Shown here one piece after another: positions 1 through 8,290 of a DNA stretch of 53,080 nt. This DNA comes from Thermoproteota archaeon (GTDB lineage: Archaea > Korarchaeota > Korarchaeia > Korarchaeales > Korarchaeaceae), in contig JACXSR010000096.1 in assembly GCA_035319845.1 (NCBI GenBank), forward strand, positions 1 through 53,080, read 5' to 3'. Position 1 is the first letter of the stretch. Each line of letters opens with the position of its first letter. The translations under genes and the position numbers were made by a program. The notes under the pieces were generated by a model. The model was not told the origin of the DNA. It made no database searches and saw only the letters and a list, made by a program, of their open reading frames with translations.

Positions 1-19
1 CCCTAATAGGGGAATCTGC

Positions 20-337
20 CTATCGTAACGTGACATCCTTCAACCACCTCTCATAGGGTTCCCCCACCCTCTCCACTGGAAGGACAACCACTTCAGGCAC
101 CTCGTAAGGATGTATTTCAGATAGATAACTCACTAACCTATCTACCAGCTCGTCGACGGTTTTAATGATCAGGAGGAACTCCCGAGAGGCCTCTATTTCC
201 CCTTCCCACCAGTAAAAGCTCTTAACTGGGAAGAGAGATACACATGCGGCTAGCTTCTCATTTAACAGAGAGGATGCGAGTCTCTCCGCATCCTCTTCTC
301 CTTCGACAGTAGTCAGGACTAGCTTCAAGAGATTCAC
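20..337 (-). CDS. cutA: Divalent-cation tolerance protein CutA
   Basis: LAACV, S.Y.WEG, E...IIKT and HPYEVPE motifs. Confidence 0.95.
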   Translation of the reverse strand: MNLLKLVLTTVEGEEDAERLASSLLNEKLAACVSLFPVKSFYWWEGEIEASREFLLIIKTVDELVDRLVSYLSEIHPYEVPEVVVLPVERVGEPYERWLKDVTLR

Positions 338-340
338 CCC

Positions 341-1060
341 TCACTTTGATAGGAACTCCTCAATGGAAATTCGCTCGCTCCTCAGGTCTATTTCAACCAA
401 CCTCCACCACAGCGGGAAGGCCACATTATAGACCTTGGCGCTACCGACCTTGGCGGTCTTACTGCCGTTGTGTACATGCCCGTGGATAGCGACATCCACA
501 AGCCCCTCCTTCATGTATCTCTCAAAACCTCTATGGCCCAAGTACCTCCAAGCTCTAGGATTCTCCCCCTTCATGGTCTTCGTGGTCGTGGCATAATGGG
601 TTAAAAGAACGGTCACATCGACTTTTTCCCTGAGTTTTCTAAGCATTTCGCCTATCAGCTGAAGCCTCTCACTATATATCCTTTCGATGCCTGGGATGTT
701 CCTCTTCTGCCATGTAGTAGGAAGCTCCAAACTTCCCCTTGACCCGACTATGCCGACCTTCCTTCCCTCTACTTCCAAAACTATGCTTTCATCGTCAAGG
801 AACGTTACATCTGGGTTCTCCGCCCTTATATCATCTTTCACACTATCATACTCATCGTTACCGAAGACCGCGATTATCCTCACCTCGCCCATTCCCTTCA
901 ACACATCAACTACCCTCCGATACTGCTTGTAGTTGCCTCTATCCACCATATCTCCCGCAATTAGGACGAGATACTCTCCTTTCTGCTCCTTACTAACTGC
1001 ATTTTCCAGATCTTTCAACCATATGGGCGCATGCACGTCGGATACCGCCACCACTCTCAT
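341..1060 (-). CDS. Calcineurin-like metallophosphoesterase
   Basis: SDVH, AGDMVD, GNDE, TH and GHVH motifs; ATG at 1060 preferred over TTG at 1066. Confidence 0.88.
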   Translation of the reverse strand: MRVVAVSDVHAPIWLKDLENAVSKEQKGEYLVLIAGDMVDRGNYKQYRRVVDVLKGMGEVRIIAVFGNDEYDSVKDDIRAENPDVTFLDDESIVLEVEGRKVGIVGSRGSLELPTTWQKRNIPGIERIYSERLQLIGEMLRKLREKVDVTVLLTHYATTTKTMKGENPRAWRYLGHRGFERYMKEGLVDVAIHGHVHNGSKTAKVGSAKVYNVAFPLWWRLVEIDLRSERISIEEFLSK

Positions 1061-1120
1061 TTTCAACCTAGGCTGGATATTCCATCATCCAATTAAACTA
1101 CTACGTTGTTTGGAATTCAT

Positions 1121-1366
1121 GTGAGAAAGGGTAAGGTCAGATCCCTATTAGAGTCGATGATATGGGATCCTAGGATGACGCCTGAGGAGTTTAAGATAGT
1201 CTTCGTGAGCAGAGGGTCGCCAAACGACTTAGAAGAAGTGAAAGGGGATGAGATCGAAGTCAGAAACGATAGAATCATACTAAGGGATGGTAGGGAGATA
1301 CCACACCACAGAATAGTAGCTATCTGGAGGGGGAAAGATCTCCTGTACCTCAGAGAAAACGCATGA
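1121..1366 (+). CDS. DUF504/MJ1316-family small protein (predicted RNA-end-binding domain)
   Basis: WDP...I.F.SRG...IPHHRI pattern; GTG start at 1121. Confidence 0.8.
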   Translation: MRKGKVRSLLESMIWDPRMTPEEFKIVFVSRGSPNDLEEVKGDEIEVRNDRIILRDGREIPHHRIVAIWRGKDLLYLRENA

Positions 1367-1414
1367 AAATATTGAACATTTTTTATGTATCGCCGAGGGA
1401 AAGGCAGGGTGGTC

Positions 1415-1804
1415 ATGTCCGCTAAGATGGTTGCCTCTACAATAGCGCTTGTAGCCCTAGTTGGGGTGTCTCTTAGCCTCTATACGGAGTTTATCCAGGG
1501 CATCAATCCGTGTCTTTCCTGCTATATACTCAGATTCAGTTACATCCTCGTACTCCTATTATCGCTGACTTATTTCAAGTACAAGGGAGCAGCCTATCCA
1601 ATCCTAGCCGTATCCCTGCTAATAATCGCTGTGTCAAGTTGGGGATTGCTCGGTTTCTTAGGATACCAGAGTAATCCATGTATAGAAGCATGTACCCTAC
1701 CTACCGAGCTCAGTGTAAGCTACAGGCTATTCTCTCTCGCCTTAATCGGGGGTGTAGTCGAATTGGTCCTAGCGCTATTGCTGATCAATAGGTCTAGAGA
1801 GTGA
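1415..1804 (+). CDS. DsbB/BdbC-like disulfide bond formation membrane protein
   Basis: Four hydrophobic segments; PCLSCYILR resembles the DsbB PCxLCxxxR motif; second Cys pair CIEAC. Confidence 0.75.
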   Translation: MSAKMVASTIALVALVGVSLSLYTEFIQGINPCLSCYILRFSYILVLLLSLTYFKYKGAAYPILAVSLLIIAVSSWGLLGFLGYQSNPCIEACTLPTELSVSYRLFSLALIGGVVELVLALLLINRSRE

Positions 1805-1935
1805 GAATCGTTACCGGTATCTAATTCCAACGTAATCCAAATAATTATTTCTATAAGATGGCGGAACACTCCTATTTCTATATATATTATAGCCGCTATT
1901 ACCTAAAACGTTTAACTAACATACCGATCCATCCC

Positions 1936-1949
1936 GAAACTTATATATA
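1936..1949 (+). promoter_or_regulatory. BRE/TATA promoter of the small zinc-ribbon gene
   Basis: gaaac-ttatatata about 24 nt upstream of GTG 1973. Confidence 0.6.
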
Positions 1950-1972
1950 GTGTAGTCAAGCTTAGCAACGCG

Positions 1973-2227
1973 GTGTCGGCATTGGTGGAGATAACATGTC
2001 CATCATGCGGCTACGAGTTCTATTTGGACGAGGAAGACTACGAAGGAGAAATACAGTGCCCCAACTGTGGAGCGCTTCTCGAGGTTAAAATAGAAAAGGG
2101 AGAGGTAAAAGAGGTCATACCTCTGGAAGAAGGGATAGAAGAGGAGGAATGGCTCGAAGACGAGGATTTCTGGGAGGAGGAAGAGGAAGAAGAGATCTTC
2201 TGGGAGGAGGAAGAGGAAGAATTCTGA
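1973..2227 (+). CDS. LysW-like zinc-ribbon protein with Glu/Trp-rich acidic tail
   Basis: CPSCG...GEIQCPNCGALLEV resembles LysW; no EDWGE terminus; alternative TTG start at 1982. Confidence 0.75.
   Translation: MSALVEITCPSCGYEFYLDEEDYEGEIQCPNCGALLEVKIEKGEVKEVIPLEEGIEEEEWLEDEDFWEEEEEEEIFWEEEEEEF
2168..2226 (+). repeat. In-frame direct repeat ttctgggaggaggaagaggaagaa (2168-2191, 2198-2221) plus a partial third copy
   Basis: Read directly from the sequence; the two full copies start 30 nt apart. Confidence 0.9.
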
Positions 2228-2289
2228 TCAGACCCGATAAACGGTTTTTCCCATTTGATAATGTTTTCAAAAAGGGATAGGAGGGGGAT

Positions 2290-3282
2290 CTAGTATCCAG
2301 CTCTCTTCAGCAAGACCTCCCATTGCTTGTCGACCCACTCTTGGAACTTCTCTATCATCCACTTGTTCTCAGGCTTAAACATGTGCCTGAATCTTCCCTG
2401 GAGCTTCAAATACTCCTCAACAGGCTTCTTCCTATCGGGATTCTTGGCTATAGATACGCTCGGACCGGTGAGCTTGTACTCCCCATCCACGACTTCGTAA
2501 AGCGGGAAGACGCATGTTTCAACGGCCAGTTTCATTATCTTCACGGTATCCTCTGGGGCGCTTCCCCAGCCAAGCGGGCATGTGGAGAAGGCGTGAATGA
2601 ACACTGGCCCTTCCGTCTCGAATCCCTTCCTGAACTTGACGAGCGCGTCGTTCCAGTAGGCAGGGGAAACTGTTGCGGCGTAAGGTATTCCATGAGCCAC
2701 CATTATATCCATTATCGGCTTCTTAAACAGAGGCTTACCCTTGATCACCTTACCTACGGGCGTGGTAGTAGTCCTCGCCCCAAACGGTGTCCCACCCGAT
2801 CTCTGAATACCGGTGTTCATGTAAGCTTCGTTATCGTAAAGGACGTACATTATCTTATGCTTCCTCTCAAAGGCTCCGGATATCGATTGCAGGCCTATGT
2901 CGTAAGTTCCTCCATCCCCACCCAGCACTATCACGTCGTAATCCAGCTCCACATCGGGATCTCCTGCGAATCTATTCACCCTAGTTAGTTTCTTTCTGGC
3001 GGCCTCCACGCCAGATCCAACAGCAGCAGCGTTCTCAAAGGCATTGTGAGCCCATGGAACATTCCAGGAGGTATAGGGGAATATAGTCGTCGCTACCTCT
3101 ACACATCCAGTGGCGTTGATCCAAACCAACGGTTTCCTCGCAGCTAGGGCTATCTGTCTTATTATTATTCCCGCACCACAACCCGCGCACAATCTATGAC
3201 CGGACTCAACAGGTCTCTTCTGGCCCTCTATCCTAGCCAGCTCCTTTATATCAGGCCTCCAAACAGCCTTGGCTACCATCAC
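2290..3282 (-). CDS. porB: Pyruvate/2-oxoacid:ferredoxin oxidoreductase beta subunit
   Basis: GHRLCAGCG, ATGC, TPP motif GGDG...DNEAYMNTGIQRS, CP.GW. Confidence 0.95.
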   Translation of the reverse strand: MMVAKAVWRPDIKELARIEGQKRPVESGHRLCAGCGAGIIIRQIALAARKPLVWINATGCVEVATTIFPYTSWNVPWAHNAFENAAAVGSGVEAARKKLTRVNRFAGDPDVELDYDVIVLGGDGGTYDIGLQSISGAFERKHKIMYVLYDNEAYMNTGIQRSGGTPFGARTTTTPVGKVIKGKPLFKKPIMDIMVAHGIPYAATVSPAYWNDALVKFRKGFETEGPVFIHAFSTCPLGWGSAPEDTVKIMKLAVETCVFPLYEVVDGEYKLTGPSVSIAKNPDRKKPVEEYLKLQGRFRHMFKPENKWMIEKFQEWVDKQWEVLLKRAGY

Positions 3283-4517
3283 TCCCTCACCCCCAGATAC
3301 TTGATAACGGGCTTCTCAGGCTCTTCTTTGGCTTCAAGGAGCTCGTTAAAGGCCTTCTTTATTAGTTTAGGAGGTAATTCCCTCCCTCCAAGCCCGTATA
3401 TGTAGTTGTATACGGTCGGTTTTGAAGAGGAGCTGTACAGGGCCGATCTGACCTCCATGAACACCGGACCACCTTCTGCTCCGAAGCTCAGTGACCTATC
3501 GAGAATGCCAACCGTACTAACCCCGGAGAGCTCCTTTCTAATCATATCAGCCGGAAACGGTCTGAACACCCTCAACCTTACTGCGCCTACCTTCTTACCC
3601 TCGCTCCTCAGATCGTCCACCACCTTCCTAACCACGCTCATAGTTGAGGAGAGACCCAGTAGCACGACATCAGCATCTTCCGTCCTATAGGGGATCATGT
3701 GAACTGGTTCATAGGATCTCCCACTTATCTCGGCGAACTCCCTATGGACCTTCTCTATTATGGGTACAGAGGCTTTCATAGCCTCATTCTGCTGGACCTT
3801 ATGCTCGAAGTAGTAATCGAACAGGTCCAAGGGACCGAAGGAAATCGGATACTTCGGATTCAGCATGAGCGGTACTTCCTTCTCTCCGTAGATGTGAGGA
3901 AGCTTGATCCTCGGAATCTTCCTAACACCGACGAAGTCCGAGACTATCTCGTCCGGTAGAACAGATACATTCTGTAGTGTGTGGGATATGGTAAATCCAT
4001 CAAGCGTTATCATCACGGGCAGCATGGCCTCCTCAGCTATTCTGAATGCCATTATGGTATTATCATAGGCTTCCTGAGCGTCCTCACTATATATCTGGAT
4101 CCAACCAGAGTCCCTAGCACCCATTGTGTCGCTGTGGTCGTTGTGAATGTTTATCGGCGCACTCAAAGCTCTGTTGACGACAGCCATAACGACGGGAGTT
4201 CTAGTGGAAGCAGTTATGTATAGGATCTCCCACATCAAGGCTAGACCATTTGCAGCGGTAGCGGTAAACGCTCTCGCCCCAGCGAGAGCGGCTCCCCAGC
4301 TCGCACTGAGGGCGCTGTGTTCGCTTTCCACTTTTATGAACTCCATATCCACCTCCCCATTATGGACAAACTCCGAAATCCTCTCCACTATTATCGTCTG
4401 GGGAGTTATAGGGTAAGCGGCCACTACATCCACATTACTCTGCTTGACCGCCCAAGCAACAGCCTCATCCCCATTCAGGGCCATCATGGTTTGACTAACT
4501 GACTTCTGAACTGTCAT
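3279..4517 (-). CDS. porA: Pyruvate/2-oxoacid:ferredoxin oxidoreductase alpha subunit
   Basis: AYPITPQT, VESEHSA, NRALSAPINI, GLGGR; ATG at 4517. Confidence 0.95.
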   Translation of the reverse strand: MTVQKSVSQTMMALNGDEAVAWAVKQSNVDVVAAYPITPQTIIVERISEFVHNGEVDMEFIKVESEHSALSASWGAALAGARAFTATAANGLALMWEILYITASTRTPVVMAVVNRALSAPINIHNDHSDTMGARDSGWIQIYSEDAQEAYDNTIMAFRIAEEAMLPVMITLDGFTISHTLQNVSVLPDEIVSDFVGVRKIPRIKLPHIYGEKEVPLMLNPKYPISFGPLDLFDYYFEHKVQQNEAMKASVPIIEKVHREFAEISGRSYEPVHMIPYRTEDADVVLLGLSSTMSVVRKVVDDLRSEGKKVGAVRLRVFRPFPADMIRKELSGVSTVGILDRSLSFGAEGGPVFMEVRSALYSSSSKPTVYNYIYGLGGRELPPKLIKKAFNELLEAKEEPEKPVIKYLGVRE

Positions 4518-4532
4518 ACAAAACACCCCCTC

Positions 4533-4808
4533 TCATATCCTAACCATCTCTATTGCCTTCGTTGGGCACTCCACTGCGCAAATGCCGCATCCCTTACAGT
4601 GTTCCAAGTCGGGAACTGGAACGCCCTCACCGTCCCACCTGTAAACGCTGTCAGGACAGTACATCCAACAGAGCCCGCACTTCACACATTTACTCTCATC
4701 AATTTTAGGCTGGAATACCGCCCACTCTCCAGTAGGGTATTCCTTTGAACTCAAGAAAGGAACCGCCGCCATGGGAAGATCCTTCCATCCGACCATCGGC
4801 GTACTCAT
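4533..4808 (-). CDS. porD: 2-oxoacid:ferredoxin oxidoreductase delta subunit (2x[4Fe-4S])
   Basis: TG.W...P, CVKCGLCWMYCP, CKGCGICAVECP; operon context. Confidence 0.93.
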   Translation of the reverse strand: MSTPMVGWKDLPMAAVPFLSSKEYPTGEWAVFQPKIDESKCVKCGLCWMYCPDSVYRWDGEGVPVPDLEHCKGCGICAVECPTKAIEMVRI

Positions 4809-5392
4809 ACACTCACCACCTCCTTAGCAGGGTCCGACTTGGCCTCCTTCATAGCCCTCTTGAGGGCGTTGATGTTCTTCTCCCCAACAGATCCCGGCCA
4901 TCTCCACAGTATTCCCTGCTCTAGGTACTCTACTGGTAGTAGGTTTGTTGCAGCGAGCAGCACGCCCAGCATTGTAGTATTGGGAGAAGCTCTACCTATT
5001 TCCTCTAGAGCTATGGTCGTCGCATCAACAGACCACACGTGAATCTCCTCCGGTAGTTCTAATTCCTTCCTCAGCTCGGAAGGGGGTTTATCGCTGTTAG
5101 CTAGGAAATACCCACCTTTCTTTAGGCCGCTCAGAAGCGATGGCATGTATCTCGGCTTAAGTAAGCTGGGATCTATTACTATAACTATGTCTGGCTCGTA
5201 GATGGGCCCTCTGTCCACTATGGGCTTATCATCGATCCTGTTAAATGCGGTCACGGGACCACCTATCCTCTCCGGACCGAACTGCGGGAATGATTGTGCG
5301 TACTTGCCTGCCTTAATGGCCGAATAGGCGAGTACGGCGGATCCGCTCCAAACACCCTGTCCTCCTCTACCGTGCCATCTTATCTCGATCAG
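4805..5392 (-). CDS. porG: 2-oxoacid:ferredoxin oxidoreductase gamma subunit (CTG start)
   Basis: The frame extends upstream of the listed ORF through IEIRWHGRGGQG...FGPER.G to CTG at 5392; in-frame TAG four codons further upstream. Confidence 0.92.
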   Translation of the reverse strand: MIEIRWHGRGGQGVWSGSAVLAYSAIKAGKYAQSFPQFGPERIGGPVTAFNRIDDKPIVDRGPIYEPDIVIVIDPSLLKPRYMPSLLSGLKKGGYFLANSDKPPSELRKELELPEEIHVWSVDATTIALEEIGRASPNTTMLGVLLAATNLLPVEYLEQGILWRWPGSVGEKNINALKRAMKEAKSDPAKEVVSV

Positions 5393-5441
5393 GGGAGACC
5401 ACCCCTACAGTATGACCAACTTTAAGGGTAAAAAGATATCT

Positions 5442-5481
5442 AGATTGTCCAATCTTAAGCGCGAGAGATTTCTAGATCTCT
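5442..5481. promoter_or_regulatory. Two AGAT-N6-ATCT palindromes upstream of the por operon (putative operator)
   Basis: agattgtccaatct at 5442-5455 and agagatttctagatctct at 5464-5481. Confidence 0.4.
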
Positions 5482-5602
5482 TTTACGCCAAAATAGTATA
5501 TGATAAATGTGGAAACCGTCTACCGATTAGTATACGTAAACATTTATCTACCTGAAGGGGGCTACCCCGGACTCACATACATCTAATTAAGCAAACACGG
5601 GG

Positions 5603-6160
5603 TCATCGGTAAACTCTTTCACGTAAGAGGCGGGGTGCTAAAATAGAAAGCAGGAGCGACGTCGTGGCCTCAGTCGTCGGACCTATAGCTATAGCACCGC
5701 CTCCAGCAACTGGTAGGAACAACCCCACTACTCCCACGATAAGGGCCTCTAGGGGAGGGAACCCAAATATCATGTAGAGAATCCAAGAAGTCAGCACATC
5801 GTAGAGAAAAGTGGAAAGATATCCGAGCATGAAGAGGACAACGCGATCTTTCAACCGCAATTTGGACCAGAATGCCCCTACGATTCCAGCCAGAGTGCCA
5901 TCCACTACGGTCCAGATGCCGAGGCCGAGTACAGTGTCTGAAACCAAAAAGGAGAGGAGGCCCACTCCGAAACCCACACTGCCCCCATAGAGCATACCGG
6001 CCAACATCGTGAAAAGGAGAGGGAGGTTAACGAATTGGAAGGGTCCTACGAGAGCATGCTTGCCGACCCTAGCGGCTACAGCTAGAGCACTCCATACACC
6101 CATCTGAGCGGTCACTTTTGAAAGTGAAGCTCCTTTTTTGCCCCCTATCATTACTATCAT
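5603..6160 (-). CDS. ECF transporter S-component-like membrane protein
   Basis: Multiple TM helices, AL..A.R, G..YG...GF.VG and G.G.WT patterns. Confidence 0.75.
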   Translation of the reverse strand: MIVMIGGKKGASLSKVTAQMGVWSALAVAARVGKHALVGPFQFVNLPLLFTMLAGMLYGGSVGFGVGLLSFLVSDTVLGLGIWTVVDGTLAGIVGAFWSKLRLKDRVVLFMLGYLSTFLYDVLTSWILYMIFGFPPLEALIVGVVGLFLPVAGGGAIAIGPTTEATTSLLLSILAPRLLRERVYR

Positions 6161-6280
6161 CCCAATTTATTGTAAATTTTAGTTAGATTAACTATGTTTT
6201 TCGACGGCATGAGCCCCGACCATTGGAGTTTACATGATGGAATTTAAATAGATGAGTGGTCGGTTATCCCCGGTGTAAGC

Positions 6281-6988
6281 ATGGGCCACATTCACAATCA
6301 CTCTCAGAGGGTCATAGACGAGCAAACGGCGTCTCAGCTTAAGGCTAGGTTTGACGCCGAAATGGGCCGATCGATAGAACTGATCATGTTTAAGGGTGTG
6401 GGCAATGAGGAGTATTCTCAGTGGACGGAGCAATTATTGAGGGAACTCGATGAACTATCCGACAAGATAAAAGTGGAAATACACGATGTCACCTTGGAAC
6501 CTGAGCTTATAGAGGAGTACAACATCGCTAAAACTCCAACGATATTAATAGACCCGAGATCTGGCTACAAGATAAGATATACCGGTGCTCCAGCTGGTTA
6601 CGAGGCTTGGGCCTTTGTGGAGACTATGATCTTAGTGAGCAGGGATGATAGCGGGTTATCTGATCGCGTCAGGGAGATTCTAAAGGAGGCTAGGAATTAC
6701 GGAAAGGAGGCCCACATAATGATATTCGTCACTCCAACATGCCCTTACTGTCCAAATCAAGTTCTCTTAGCCAATAAATTCGCCATAGAGCTTAGGGGAC
6801 AGGTAGAGGCGGACTGCGTGGAGGCATATGAGAACCCTGACTTAGCTGACATGTTCCACGTCTCGGCCGTGCCCCACAATGTGATAGCAGTGAGAGATGA
6901 TGGTAAAGAAGTACCAAAGGAAGTCTCCATAGGAGTACAACCTGAGGAGAAGTATGCAATGGACTTGATTAAGGCCCTGAGGGAGTAG
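6281..6988 (+). CDS. Protein disulfide oxidoreductase (double thioredoxin fold, PDO)
   Basis: IRYTGAPAGYE, FVTPTCPYCP, SAVP cis-Pro loop; N-terminal CxxC absent. Confidence 0.88.
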   Translation: MGHIHNHSQRVIDEQTASQLKARFDAEMGRSIELIMFKGVGNEEYSQWTEQLLRELDELSDKIKVEIHDVTLEPELIEEYNIAKTPTILIDPRSGYKIRYTGAPAGYEAWAFVETMILVSRDDSGLSDRVREILKEARNYGKEAHIMIFVTPTCPYCPNQVLLANKFAIELRGQVEADCVEAYENPDLADMFHVSAVPHNVIAVRDDGKEVPKEVSIGVQPEEKYAMDLIKALRE

Positions 6989-6991
6989 GGC

Positions 6992-7903
6992 ATGGAATAT
7001 CATATTTTACTCACGAACGACGATGGCCTTCATTCCGCTCCCTTCAGAGCCTTCTGGACCGGTCTAATGGAGAGAAAGATTGGTAAAGTAACTGTTGTGG
7101 TCCCAGAGCACGAGATGAGTGCTGCTGGAAAGGGAATAACTCTACACAAACCTCTCAGGATAAGAAAGCTTCCAGTGAAGGTTAGGGGATTCGGTTACAG
7201 GGAAGCGTTCACGGTGAGTGGAACCCCGGGTGATGCGGTCACCGTGGCGGTGAAGTACATCATGGATTCCGAACCTGATGTTGTGGTTTCCGGCATAAAT
7301 GTGGGTGATAATATAACTTTGGACAATATATTCACGAGCGGGACTATAGCAGCTGCCCTCCAAGGCACGATAATGGGAATTACATCATCAGCATTCAGCG
7401 TAGAAATACCGGCGGGGCAGCCTAGTCGTCCAGTGGACAGGTTTCTCACACACGCTAGGCTGGCAGCTATGATAACAGAGTGGCTGGCTAAGAGGGGATT
7501 ACCTGACGGGGTAGATCTGCTTAATGTTAATTTCCCCTATAAGATGTCCGAGGACACCCCGATAAGAGTGACAAGGCTGGCTAGAATGAAGTTCGAGAAC
7601 TACGTGTTGGAGAGGATAGATACTAGGGGGAATCCATACTACTGGCTGGGTGGAAACCCGGTCCCAGTGACTGAAAAGGATAGGGGCACGGATCTCTACG
7701 CTCTCATGGTGGAAAGAGCTGTCTCAATAACTCCCATAAGCTTGGATCTAAGCGTGAGGGAGTTGAATTGCGAGGAACTGAATAAGAAAAGAAGAAGGGC
7801 CTTGGAGGAGATAGCCTCCCTAGCGGACCAGTTAAAGGAGTACCTCGTGAAGCTCACTGGGAAGCATTCAAACGTTCAGGAGGAAGAGACCACCTCTCCT
7901 TAG
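6992..7903 (+). CDS. surE: 5'/3'-nucleotidase SurE
   Basis: ILLTNDDG, GTP.D.V, SGIN.G.N, SGT motifs. Confidence 0.95.
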   Translation: MEYHILLTNDDGLHSAPFRAFWTGLMERKIGKVTVVVPEHEMSAAGKGITLHKPLRIRKLPVKVRGFGYREAFTVSGTPGDAVTVAVKYIMDSEPDVVVSGINVGDNITLDNIFTSGTIAAALQGTIMGITSSAFSVEIPAGQPSRPVDRFLTHARLAAMITEWLAKRGLPDGVDLLNVNFPYKMSEDTPIRVTRLARMKFENYVLERIDTRGNPYYWLGGNPVPVTEKDRGTDLYALMVERAVSITPISLDLSVRELNCEELNKKRRRALEEIASLADQLKEYLVKLTGKHSNVQEEETTSP

Positions 7904-8290
7904 ATCTCTCTTTAGTTCCCCTTCTAGTTCGATTATCGCTATCTCACACGTTCCTCCTACGTATCCCTCAACTAAGTGGCCTGCCACAACCCTTTCCTCA
8001 TTCCCCAAGACCACATGGATGTGGGCGAAGGGCTCCCCTTCCTTAAGGCTTATGTTCCCAACTAAAGAGGCCAGCTCCATCGGCGTGTTCACATCAAAGG
8101 TCTCGTATTCCTCTTTCTCTGGATTGAAAACGGCTAGTTTAGCCTTGCTCAACAGTCCCAATCCGGACAAAACGGCCCCTTTTATCCCTGCCTCGGCGCA
8201 GGCCTTAATTACGGAGGAGATCACCTCCTCCCCCCGATCTACTCTTATCAGGTGGATCTTCCTGATGTCGAAGGACCTCAACTCAGTCAC
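7868..8290 (-). CDS. PPC (DUF296) domain protein
   Basis: GEE....I, G.G, ELASL.GNI, H.H..LG and GHL. Confidence 0.88.
   Translation of the reverse strand: MTELRSFDIRKIHLIRVDRGEEVISSVIKACAEAGIKGAVLSGLGLLSKAKLAVFNPEKEEYETFDVNTPMELASLVGNISLKEGEPFAHIHVVLGNEERVVAGHLVEGYVGGTCEIAIIELEGELKRDLRRGGLFLLNV

Noticed and set aside
4805-5254. porG and rnp1 (48224-48448) appearing truncated or pseudogenised in the ORF track
   Set aside because: Both frames stay open upstream through conserved N-termini; near-cognate starts explain them.
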